Part shown: piece by piece, positions 19,619-28,201 of the stretch
Layout of the letters: the number at the start of each line of letters is the position of its first letter
Numbering within the stretch: the first letter of the stretch is position 1
Assembly (NCBI GenBank): GCA_963674745.2
Contig: CAXXDV010000003.1
Coordinates: 128,001-192,000, forward strand
Direction: 5' to 3'
DNA length: 64,000 bases
Source: Desulfosudaceae bacterium
Lineage (GTDB): Bacteria; Desulfobacterota; Desulfobacteria; Desulfobacterales; Desulfosudaceae
Notes under the pieces: model-generated
What the model was told of the DNA's origin: nothing
What the model saw: only the letters and a program-made list of their open reading frames with translations
Database searches by the model: none
Position numbers and translations under genes: made by a program

Positions 19619-20284
19619 TCAAGCTTCGATTTCCAGGAGCCGCCATTCTTTACTGAAAGCCTTGACACCGCCCCGTTCTCCATTGGCCCCTTCCCAGACG
19701 GCGAAACCGAAACCGATTTTTCCGCCCGGCGCCAGGTCAACGGTCTCTTCGCCGGCACGGTTGGCTTTTAAGGGGCGACCCATGACCACATACCATTTTC
19801 CGTTTTCCCATTTAGAGTTCGAGGTAATGGATGATTTTTCCGTATACAGCGAGGTGGAAAGACCATGGGCCACCTGGTTTTTGGGCTTTTCATCAAAGTC
19901 GGGTCGCCAGTACCAGGCGTTGGTCGGATAATCCTTGGTGCCCATTTCGGTGATAGGTGTTTTTTCGATGTCTTTCATCGGCATCAGCAGGGCGATGCCG
20001 TCGGCGAAGATATTGATGTCTTCAATTTTCAGATTGGGTTTGGCGCTTTCCCATTCCAGATAAAAGAAAATCGAGTCGGCGTTGTGAACGGATTTTAACC
20101 AGACCTTTTTCACCGCCCCGATTTTTTCTTCATCATAAACGCCCTTGATGTACGGAGATGGCTGGTTGGCCAGCGGAGTGGCCGCGGTCTCGATCACCTC
20201 CGTGCCTGATTTCCAGATTGTGTTTGCGCAGTTCAGCAGGTCCTTGGTGGATGCTGAAACTTTTTTACAGATGATATTTGCCAT
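19619..20284 (-). CDS. EBDH-family heme b gamma subunit
   Basis: DOMON-like EbdC pattern: EMG (Met ligand), NAWYW, FAVWEGANGERGGVK (Lys ligand). Confidence 0.93.
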   Translation of the reverse strand: MANIICKKVSASTKDLLNCANTIWKSGTEVIETAATPLANQPSPYIKGVYDEEKIGAVKKVWLKSVHNADSIFFYLEWESAKPNLKIEDINIFADGIALLMPMKDIEKTPITEMGTKDYPTNAWYWRPDFDEKPKNQVAHGLSTSLYTEKSSITSNSKWENGKWYVVMGRPLKANRAGEETVDLAPGGKIGFGFAVWEGANGERGGVKAFSKEWRLLEIEA

Positions 20285-20337
20285 TTGACACCTCTATATT
20301 ATTTTAAAATATTGTTAGTCCGCATCTTCTGCTCCGG

Positions 20338-23313
20338 TCAAATTTTGGCTACTTCCACGGCGATACCGCGGTCAACGGGCTGCGCGCACCAGTTCCAGCG
20401 CCAGTAGCGGAGATGGCCGTAGTCATTGATCAGGTCAAGCCATTTGATCATACCCGGAATGGCTGTATCGTAGCTCTTCCAGCCGGGAAACATGAACGGT
20501 TCCCAGGCATGGTAAATAATGACCTGTCCCGGCAGGGCCGCGCCTTTGTTCGGTCTGGCCGCGGGCGTTACCTTGACATGGATTTTGAAATCATCAAAAT
20601 CGTTGAAGACATGAACCAGTTCACCATCCTTGATGCCCCGGCTTTCGGCATCCTCTTTGCTCATGAACATGAACGGCCGGCCCTGGTGGGTTCGCAGGAG
20701 CTGTTCATTACTGATCCAGATGGAATGAATACTCCAGCGCTGATGTCCGCTTGTCAGCCGCAGAGGGAAGTTGCCGCCGATTTGGGGGTTGTCCTTGTGG
20801 ACCGGCAGCTGTTCTTCGGCTTCCAGGAACCAGGGATGATCGATGTAGAACTGAATTCGCCGGTTGTATGTGGGGTAGGGTACCTTCTTTTCACCGGTAT
20901 GCCATGTCAGCGGAATGATCGGTTCATCGGGCTTGATATCCGTGGCCAGGTTCATGGTGACCGGGTCAAAAATGGACACATCGACAAAGCGGACGATACC
21001 TTCTTTGCGCATGAATTTCAGGTCGGTCCCCGGCGGCAGGTTACCCAGCAGAACACTGGACTGCAGGGCGTCGTCCATGACTTCCTCAAAATTATCGGCC
21101 CCCATCCGCTGCCAGTCGCCGAAATTTTCAAGGGTTACGTTGGCATCCTTGTCCCGGACGGAAAAATGTTTTAAGAATTGCATGTACTCTTTCTGCGGAG
21201 GCGTTTTGGGCGGGAAGGTGAGTTTTCCCTTCTTTTTGGCCGCCTCTTCTACTTTCTGGCCCAGCATGCGGCAGATTTCCCATTCCGTCTTGGATTCTCC
21301 GATCGGCTTGACCGCTTCATCGGTCAGCGTCAGCCAGGGAACATGAGGTGTCGGGAAACGGGTGTCAGTTTTTTCGTAAAAACCGGCACAGGGCAGGGCA
21401 TAGTCGCCGTAAAGCAGGGTGGTTGTCCAGCGGGTTTCAAACCCGAAGATGAGTTTATATTTTTTCCACAGAGAGTGGAGAATGTTCTTATTCCAGCCTC
21501 TGTTTTTACGGGCCGGGTTGGTGCCCATCCAGGCGTAAACAGTCGGTGTCTGGTCCGGGGCGGGCTTGACATAACCGTCCCACCAGCCTTTACCGATCGC
21601 TTCGTCATAGTACTCTTTAAACTCCCTTTTCATGGTCGGGCAGTGCCAGGATTTGTTGTCCCAGGCTTTCTTGTAGTCGGAGTGGTTATAGTAGAGATGG
21701 GCGGGAATGGTATAGTTGACCAGGTTGCGGTCAAGCACCCGTTCCTGCTCGATGGAACACATTTCCAGTGAACGCGTGGGATCCTCCTGTTTTTTCCGGT
21801 TGAAGATACCCTGCATAATAGGCAGTTGCGTTCTCAAGTTCTCAAGGCCGATGGTTTGTTTGAAAATCTGGGTAAAGGCCCCTTCAAACAGGGATTCGTT
21901 CCAGCCCCGGATACCGCAGCCTTTCTTACCGTAACTGCCGGTCAGGGCCAGTATCAGGCACATAACCCGTTCAATCAGGTCGCCATGATAATACTTGGGT
22001 GAGTTCCAGCCCACCATGACCTGAATACCGCCGCTGGCCTTGTAACATTTTTCGGCCAGCCGTCGAATGGTGTCGGGATTGGTGCCGCAGCTTTGGGATG
22101 CTTGTTCCGGTTTGTAATCTTTGTTGAGCAGATCTTTCAGGTTCTGGAATACCGGCCGGACGGAAACGGTTTTGCCGTCCAGTAATTTCACTGTATAGGT
22201 TCCTTCCAGGGCCGGGTCACACGGCAGCTTCAGTGTCTCAAGCGGGGCCTTGACGGCTTCATTTTTCTTGCTGTCCCAGAAACAGAACTGATCCGCCCGG
22301 CCGCGTTTGTCAATGTCGGCGGCACTTAAGAACCGGTTGTTGTCGGTTCTGACCAGCAGCGGCAGGTCGGTCTGTTCCTTGACAAAGGGAACATCCACCC
22401 AGCCCTTTTCAATGAGGATCTGACAGACGCCCAAGCCCAGGGCCGCATCCGATCCCATTTCCACCGGGATATATTCATCGGCATGCATGGTGCTGGGGTT
22501 ATAGTCCGGTGCGATGGAAACGATATCCGCGCCGTTGTATCTGGCTTCTGAAATAAAATGGTAGGAAGGAATCCGGGTATAAACCGGGTTCATGTGCCAG
22601 ATCAGGAGCAGTTTGCCGAAATACCAGGCGTCAACTGAATCCATGAACTGGAATTTGCCGAAGGTTTCGTAAATGCCGCGGTTGAAGTCGCCGATGGTGG
22701 AGTCCAGGTCCAGAATGGTGGCGCCCAGGCCGACAAACAACCGGTGCACGGCCATGACATGAATATAACCGCCGTTGCCGGGGCCGCTTTCAAAAATAAT
22801 GGATTCCGGTCCCTGATCGGCCAGACCATCGACAATGCCTTCGGCGATTTCGGTCAAACACTGATCCCAGGATATCCGTTTCCATTTGCCGCTGCCCCTG
22901 CCGCCGGTCTGCTTCATGGGGTATTTGAGCCGGTCGGGGTTATACATCTGAATGCTGTAGGAGGCGCCTTTCTGGCATCCCCGGGGATTGAAATCCGGGC
23001 CGGAAGCATCGATAACCGGATATTTCGCGGCCTGTTCTTCTCTGAAAACCACCCCGTCCTTGGCATAGACGCGCCACAGGCAGTTGCCCGGGTAGCAGTC
23101 CACCAGATGGGTGCCGTAGGTGACTTGATCCCAGGTCCATTCTTTCCGGTGAAGATCTTCCCACCCGGCGTATTTCCAGTCCTCGATGACTTTTTCCGTG
23201 GCATTGGCAATGCCGTTTCCTCCCAGAAAGCCTAGAGAATTCAAGGACAGCAACGCCACCGTCGCGCTTGTTCCCTTTAAGAAAGTCCTTCGGGAGATTC
23301 TCATTTCCTTCAT
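20338..23313 (-). CDS. EBDH-family molybdopterin alpha subunit; putative alkane/alkyl-chain methylene hydroxylase (AhyA/EbdA/S25dA-like)
   Basis: Tat signal SRRTFLK; THLVDCYPGNC..NPRGCQKG His-ligated FS0; IGDF Asp Mo ligand; HQRWSIHS. Subfamily assignment is from recall, not a search. Confidence 0.93.
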   Translation of the reverse strand: MKEMRISRRTFLKGTSATVALLSLNSLGFLGGNGIANATEKVIEDWKYAGWEDLHRKEWTWDQVTYGTHLVDCYPGNCLWRVYAKDGVVFREEQAAKYPVIDASGPDFNPRGCQKGASYSIQMYNPDRLKYPMKQTGGRGSGKWKRISWDQCLTEIAEGIVDGLADQGPESIIFESGPGNGGYIHVMAVHRLFVGLGATILDLDSTIGDFNRGIYETFGKFQFMDSVDAWYFGKLLLIWHMNPVYTRIPSYHFISEARYNGADIVSIAPDYNPSTMHADEYIPVEMGSDAALGLGVCQILIEKGWVDVPFVKEQTDLPLLVRTDNNRFLSAADIDKRGRADQFCFWDSKKNEAVKAPLETLKLPCDPALEGTYTVKLLDGKTVSVRPVFQNLKDLLNKDYKPEQASQSCGTNPDTIRRLAEKCYKASGGIQVMVGWNSPKYYHGDLIERVMCLILALTGSYGKKGCGIRGWNESLFEGAFTQIFKQTIGLENLRTQLPIMQGIFNRKKQEDPTRSLEMCSIEQERVLDRNLVNYTIPAHLYYNHSDYKKAWDNKSWHCPTMKREFKEYYDEAIGKGWWDGYVKPAPDQTPTVYAWMGTNPARKNRGWNKNILHSLWKKYKLIFGFETRWTTTLLYGDYALPCAGFYEKTDTRFPTPHVPWLTLTDEAVKPIGESKTEWEICRMLGQKVEEAAKKKGKLTFPPKTPPQKEYMQFLKHFSVRDKDANVTLENFGDWQRMGADNFEEVMDDALQSSVLLGNLPPGTDLKFMRKEGIVRFVDVSIFDPVTMNLATDIKPDEPIIPLTWHTGEKKVPYPTYNRRIQFYIDHPWFLEAEEQLPVHKDNPQIGGNFPLRLTSGHQRWSIHSIWISNEQLLRTHQGRPFMFMSKEDAESRGIKDGELVHVFNDFDDFKIHVKVTPAARPNKGAALPGQVIIYHAWEPFMFPGWKSYDTAIPGMIKWLDLINDYGHLRYWRWNWCAQPVDRGIAVEVAKI

Positions 23314-23410
23314 AGTGCCCCCTTTAATTGCATTTTAGGTCCTTGGTCTGATTCGTTCCCTTTTTGACAAACTGCAACAGTAATAAATTTTTTGCGCCTT
23401 TTTTAATAAT

Positions 23411-23701
23411 TTATGTTACCGGCAGCAGCTGAATCGCGTTCCAGGGGCAGCCGGTCAGCATGGTTCCTTTTGAACCGCTGCTGACGCAGGCGCCGCAACC
23501 GACACAGTTGCCGCTGTCGACCGACATTTTTTTAAACGGATAATTTTCCTCATCATTCACCAGGTGAAGGGCATCAAATTTACAGAAGACCTGGCAGACG
23601 GGAACGCCTCCGCAGCCCGTACACCAGTCCAGAATCCGGGCGATTCTTTTGACCCGTGTACGTTTGGCCGGTTTTTCTTTTGTTGTAGCCGTATTCAACA
23701 T
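23411..23701 (-). CDS. 2x[4Fe-4S] ferredoxin-like protein without signal peptide
   Basis: CTGCGGVPVCQVFC and CVGCGAC...CP; start overlaps the Rieske stop. Confidence 0.85.
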   Translation of the reverse strand: MLNTATTKEKPAKRTRVKRIARILDWCTGCGGVPVCQVFCKFDALHLVNDEENYPFKKMSVDSGNCVGCGACVSSGSKGTMLTGCPWNAIQLLPVT

Positions 23702-24273
23702 TACGTTACTTCGATATAGATTTTCTGGTCTTCAAATTCCTGCTTGGAATACACCAGGGCCGTATCCACGATTACATTGCCTTCGCTGTCAAGGGTAATA
23801 TGGTGCCTGTCAAGCGGGCGCGGGGCAGGCCCGGCGAATTCCACGCCGTTGGAGTGAAATTCGCTGCCGTGGCAGGGGCATTTAAAAATATTCAGGTCTT
23901 CGAACCAGTTGACCGTGCAGCCCAGATGGGTGCAACGGGCAAAAAGAGCGAAAACCCGGTCTTTGTCCCTGACCACAAAGAAACGGTGATTTTTTTTGAA
24001 ACGGGAGTCGATAAAGATGACACCGTACTGGTCGGGTTTTTTGTCGGTGATAAAATCGTTAACCTGGCCGATAACATACTTGCTGGGGGGGTGAAACACC
24101 ACCGAAGGGTATAAAAACTTCAACCCCTGATACATTCCCGCCCCCAGGCCTGTAAAGACAATCCCCCAACCGGCGACTGATATACCCTTGTTGAGAAATT
24201 CCCTTCTGTTCAGGGTGGTTTTCCCTTCCAGTTGATCCGCTGTTACATTGCCTGAATTCGAGCTTTCTGACAT
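23701..24273 (-). CDS. Rieske [2Fe-2S] subunit of a Rieske/cytochrome b complex
   Basis: NRREFL Tat motif plus TM helix; CTHLGC and CPCHGS; GPAPRPL. Confidence 0.95.
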   Translation of the reverse strand: MSESSNSGNVTADQLEGKTTLNRREFLNKGISVAGWGIVFTGLGAGMYQGLKFLYPSVVFHPPSKYVIGQVNDFITDKKPDQYGVIFIDSRFKKNHRFFVVRDKDRVFALFARCTHLGCTVNWFEDLNIFKCPCHGSEFHSNGVEFAGPAPRPLDRHHITLDSEGNVIVDTALVYSKQEFEDQKIYIEVT

Positions 24274-24331
24274 TTTTTACTCACTTCTTATAAATATTGT
24301 TTAGTTGTCAGCGTCTGTGAGACATTGAAAA

Positions 24332-24550
24332 CTACTCTTTTTTTAAAAAGTTCCGAAACATTTCAAAAATAAAGGCCGCCACAAACATCATGCCGGTACC
24401 TTCAGCGTAGGGGACCCAGAAATAATAATGAATGTTTTCCCACATGGTCGTGTGCATGTTGTATCGCCAGTAGCAGTAATTGACGACGATAAAATGCAGC
24501 AGCGTAATGATTACGGCGGCAACAAGACTTCTTAAAATTTTTTTGATCAT
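24332..24550 (-). CDS. small two-TM membrane protein, first gene of the cluster
   Basis: 72 aa, strong RBS (AAGGGGGAG), two hydrophobic segments. Confidence 0.7.
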   Translation of the reverse strand: MIKKILRSLVAAVIITLLHFIVVNYCYWRYNMHTTMWENIHYYFWVPYAEGTGMMFVAAFIFEMFRNFLKKE

Positions 24551-24622
24551 GGCTCCCCCTTAATTTGTGTTGAAAAATGTTCCGTCGATGATTTTAATGC
24601 GATCATTCAGCTGCCTAAAATC

Positions 24623-24677
24623 AAAAGTTTAACTTTCAACTTTTAAAATAATAAAGGCTCCAGCGGACAAAAGTCAA
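24623..24677 (-). promoter_or_regulatory. promoter and operator of the hydroxylase/Rieske-cyt b cluster
   Basis: TTGACT (24677-24672), 18 bp spacer, TATTAT; immediately followed by the dyad AAAAGTT-TAACTTTC-AACTTTT (24623-24644). Confidence 0.55.
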
Positions 24678-24996
24678 GGTTTTTTTTCCGGTTCTGAAAA
24701 TAAAAAAAGATTTGTTTGTCTTAAGACGGTTGCCAAAGCAAAAAAACAGCTTGTATCAATTTAAACAACTGTTTTCATTGTTATTAAATTTTGCGTAGGT
24801 GTTTTTTTATGGCTTTTTAAGTATGTCGTCGTGTTTGGATAAAAGGTCTGAAAGGATCGGTGCAGAAAAAAATAAAGTGAATAGTTTGACTTTTTACTTT
24901 TTGTGTGCATAATAATATTTTTACCCGGAAAAAATTCAGGGAAAAAATCATTTTGGATAACAGATTTTCAATTGCCCATAGACAAGGAGAAGAAAG

Positions 24997-25563
24997 ATGA
25001 TCTGCGGGAGAACGCGGGAAGAATTGCTGACCGAGATCCGGAATTTCCATGGTTTTGTGGCGCCCGGGCTGTTGATCGGCGCTTTTATGGTTGACCTGAC
25101 CTATGACTGTCTGGAAAAACAAGGCGAGTATGATGCCATTGTGGAAACTCGGAGCTGCCTGCCGGATGCCATTCAGATATTGACCCCATGTACCATCGGC
25201 AACGGTTGGCTGAAGATTCTTGATCTCGGCAAATTCGCTATTACCATGTATGACCGGAATACCTTTGAAGGATGCAGAACATGGCTTGACCTGCAAAAGG
25301 CCCAGGCGCATCAGACGGTTTATAAATGGTTCAACGGGCTGGTTTCAAAAAAAGACCTGCCCATCGAAGTTTTGCAGGAAGCCATTTTTGAAGCGGGTAA
25401 GGCCATTCTTTCTACAGCCAGGGTGAAAGTCGTTGAATACGCCGAACGCCAGAAAAAAGGCGAGATTCGGTTATGTGAAAATTGTAATGAAGCCTATCTG
25501 GCGGCCCAGGGGACACCCTGCCTGGCCTGCCAGGGCAAGACCTACTATCAGAAAATCAATTAA
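24997..25563 (+). CDS. FmdE-family protein with C-terminal zinc finger
   Basis: FHGFVAPG, ETRSCLPDAIQILTPCTIGNG, CENC..CLAC. Confidence 0.9.
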   Translation: MICGRTREELLTEIRNFHGFVAPGLLIGAFMVDLTYDCLEKQGEYDAIVETRSCLPDAIQILTPCTIGNGWLKILDLGKFAITMYDRNTFEGCRTWLDLQKAQAHQTVYKWFNGLVSKKDLPIEVLQEAIFEAGKAILSTARVKVVEYAERQKKGEIRLCENCNEAYLAAQGTPCLACQGKTYYQKIN

Positions 25564-25578
25564 ATCGGGATCTTTAAA

Positions 25579-26334
25579 ATGGTGGACAACAGCCGTGCCC
25601 GTCAAGCCAGAAAACAGTCCGGCAGGAGACGGCACCTGAAAATGAAAGACCTGTCCGAGGCCACCGGTGTAAACGGGGCCACCATCCGTTATTACATCAA
25701 CGAAGGATTATTGCCTAAACCCTATAAGCCTTTCCGAAACATGGCTTATTATGACGAGTCGTTTATCGATAAAGTCAAATTTATCAAAACCCTGCAAAAG
25801 GAGTATTTTCTTCCGCTGGAAGTGATCAGGGTCGGTATCAAAGAAAGTGGATACGACCTGCAGGCCGTCATCAACAAGCTTGACCGGGCCAAGGAAATGC
25901 CCTGGCTGTCTGAACCGGAATCCGAAGCCAACGGACCTGAAGCTGTGACCAGGGAAAAGCTGTCAGAAGTTACCGGCATGTCGCCTGAAGATTTAAAGGC
26001 GGCCATTGCCCATGGTGTTGTTTTCCCTGACGAGAACGGCCTGTTTCATGAAAAAGAAATTGAGATTGCCCGTCATATCGGCCGTATCCGGGCTTTTATG
26101 ACCGATGCCCGGGGATTTACGTTTGATTTGTTCGTTCAACATTACAAAATGTTTGAGTCTCTGGTGGATCTGGAGTTCGAGGCTTTCTTAAGAAATGTGA
26201 TCAATAACAAGATTACGGTTGAAGAAGCCAATGAAATGGCTGAACTGATCTTGGACGTCCTCAAAGACCTGTTCCCGCTGATTCACCGGCGACGGTTGCG
26301 TAAAAAAATCAGAGAATCTCTGGTAATAAAATAA
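25579..26334 (+). CDS. MerR-family transcriptional regulator
   Basis: KMKDLSEATGVNGATIRYYINEGLLPKP; a second HTH-like segment (REKLSEVTGMS). Confidence 0.88.
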   Translation: MVDNSRARQARKQSGRRRHLKMKDLSEATGVNGATIRYYINEGLLPKPYKPFRNMAYYDESFIDKVKFIKTLQKEYFLPLEVIRVGIKESGYDLQAVINKLDRAKEMPWLSEPESEANGPEAVTREKLSEVTGMSPEDLKAAIAHGVVFPDENGLFHEKEIEIARHIGRIRAFMTDARGFTFDLFVQHYKMFESLVDLEFEAFLRNVINNKITVEEANEMAELILDVLKDLFPLIHRRRLRKKIRESLVIK

Positions 26335-26340
26335 GTGCTT

Positions 26341-27069
26341 TTATTTTCCCCGGGCGCAGAACCGCGGCCATCCCATCAGGTCGGCCACGCCGGCAATCGT
26401 TGTTCCGTAAAACAGGACCGGCTTACCCGTCAAAAACGGTTCGATGGTACCATTGACGATGGTCGTTCCGGTTACCAGGAGCAGATCCGCCCAGTCAATG
26501 GCATCCTTTGTCGCTTCCGGTCCTTCAATGCGGGCGCCCCGCTTTTCCGTGCCGATATTCTCCGGATCCAGGTCCAGGATGCGATATGAAAATTTCCGGT
26601 TCAAGGCTTCCACCATGGCAGGCTGAAAGCCAACCTGGGTTATTTTTACAGAACCGTATTCCTTTTCAATAAAATCGGCCAGCTCTGAGGCACACTCAAC
26701 GGGCTCTTGATCCCGGCAATGAATGGTTCGACCGGTTTGGTTTAAATGACTGAGGACCGCATTCAAGGTTGCGATAAAAATGGCCCGGCGGAAATTATTG
26801 GTCAGGGGCATAGCGATGATGTCTCTCAGCCGTCCTTCATAATCGCCGAAACGATCCGTGAATGCCTGACCGGATGAACCGAGAAAATCAGCCTGCATCA
26901 GGCGCTCCTTTCCCTGCTGGAGCGGGAAATCATCCGCTTCGGGATCACCGATGGCCTCTTGAACGCTGAGCACCCTGGCCTTGACCTGGACGGGCTGATT
27001 CATCAGGTCGTGCGCCATGCAGAGCTGGGAAAACTTGTCTTTTATCTGTTCGTAGATCGTGTCAGCCAT
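26341..27069 (-). CDS. DUF364-family (Rossmann-like) protein
   Basis: RAIFIATLNA, ADLLLVTGTTIVNGT. Confidence 0.75.
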   Translation of the reverse strand: MADTIYEQIKDKFSQLCMAHDLMNQPVQVKARVLSVQEAIGDPEADDFPLQQGKERLMQADFLGSSGQAFTDRFGDYEGRLRDIIAMPLTNNFRRAIFIATLNAVLSHLNQTGRTIHCRDQEPVECASELADFIEKEYGSVKITQVGFQPAMVEALNRKFSYRILDLDPENIGTEKRGARIEGPEATKDAIDWADLLLVTGTTIVNGTIEPFLTGKPVLFYGTTIAGVADLMGWPRFCARGK

Positions 27070-27175
27070 TTTTTTCTCCTTGCGGCCTGGTCCGGATATT
27101 TCATGAAAATAAGGAACAGGCTTGATAAAAAAAAGTTCTGTTCAAGTTGTGTTTTCAACCCCGGATCAGCACAGG

Positions 27176-27925
27176 TCAATTCAGCTTTATGGATACTTTG
27201 CGGCCGAATTTTTGTATGACCGGCGTGCCGGTACCGTGGCGGATGGCCCGGAAGGTCCCTTCCTTATCAACCGGAACGGTCCCGGCCAGAAAGTTGATGG
27301 CATAAGGATCAAAGACGTCTCTCACCAAAGGTGTACTGGGACCCAGCATGACCGATTTTGCTTCTTTGTTAATGTGCCCTAAAATTTCTTCAGCGGTATT
27401 GTTCAGCAGAGAGGTCGAAGTTAAAATCAGTACCTGTGCCCATTGGCCAAGTTTTTCATAAAAAGAGTGTTTTTCCCCGACCTGTTTTCCAATGTCATAA
27501 ATCGTCAGGTCGCTGCCGCGATTTTTGATCAGATGGATCAAGGGCTTAAAAGCGCCGACCATGGCAACCCGTGTCCCTTCTTTGATGCCAAGGTCGTCTA
27601 GAAGTACCTGGTTGTCCGGCTCTTCGGGTATGCTCCCGGCCGTATCAAAGTTCAAGGCATTGATCGCGGCCAGGGCCATGCTTTTTTCCAAGGGGACGTC
27701 GCTTAAGATTTTTTCCACCAGTCCAATGGCGGGTTTGCCCTCCGGGTTGTCGTAGTTTTTGTGCATCATGCAGGCATTTTTGGTGTCAAAATAGGAATAG
27801 GCGATACCGATGCCGCCATCGGAGGTAGATACCGCTGTATAACCCAGTCCCACGCAGAGCCGATCAACGGTTACCCGACGCGCTTTGTCTTCAAACAGGT
27901 CATATAAATGTTGGAGTAACATCAT
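27176..27925 (-). CDS. DUF364-family protein
   Basis: VGLGYTAV, ALAAINAL, VAMVGAF, ILTSTSLLNNT, LGPSTP. Confidence 0.85.
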   Translation of the reverse strand: MMLLQHLYDLFEDKARRVTVDRLCVGLGYTAVSTSDGGIGIAYSYFDTKNACMMHKNYDNPEGKPAIGLVEKILSDVPLEKSMALAAINALNFDTAGSIPEEPDNQVLLDDLGIKEGTRVAMVGAFKPLIHLIKNRGSDLTIYDIGKQVGEKHSFYEKLGQWAQVLILTSTSLLNNTAEEILGHINKEAKSVMLGPSTPLVRDVFDPYAINFLAGTVPVDKEGTFRAIRHGTGTPVIQKFGRKVSIKLN

Positions 27926-28201
27926 GGCGAATATCCTGAATCCCCGGGTCAAAAACGGTTGTTGAATAAAGGCGCTTTCTGTTCCGCAGCGCTTTTGCAA
28001 TAAAACGACTTTTCATTTTAATAACAGGTCTGTTGTTTAAGGCAATAATTTTTGTTATGAGTATACCAAATTCAAATCAAAGTTCTCTGCGTCGACTGCT
28101 TCGCTTCCTTTTGTTTGTTCCGGTTATCTCTTTGATTTGAATCGGAGACGGCAAGGCCTTTCTAGGGGAAAACTTATCTTCAGTTCCAGGGGAAAACAAT
28201 A

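Noticed and set aside
18396..23313. Annotation as respiratory nitrate reductase NarGHJI
   Set aside because: Alpha is under 1000 aa with a Tat signal, and the partner is a soluble EbdC-type heme b subunit rather than NarI; no nitrate transporter or chlorite dismutase is nearby. Other periplasmic type II reductases are disfavoured by context but need a phylogeny to exclude
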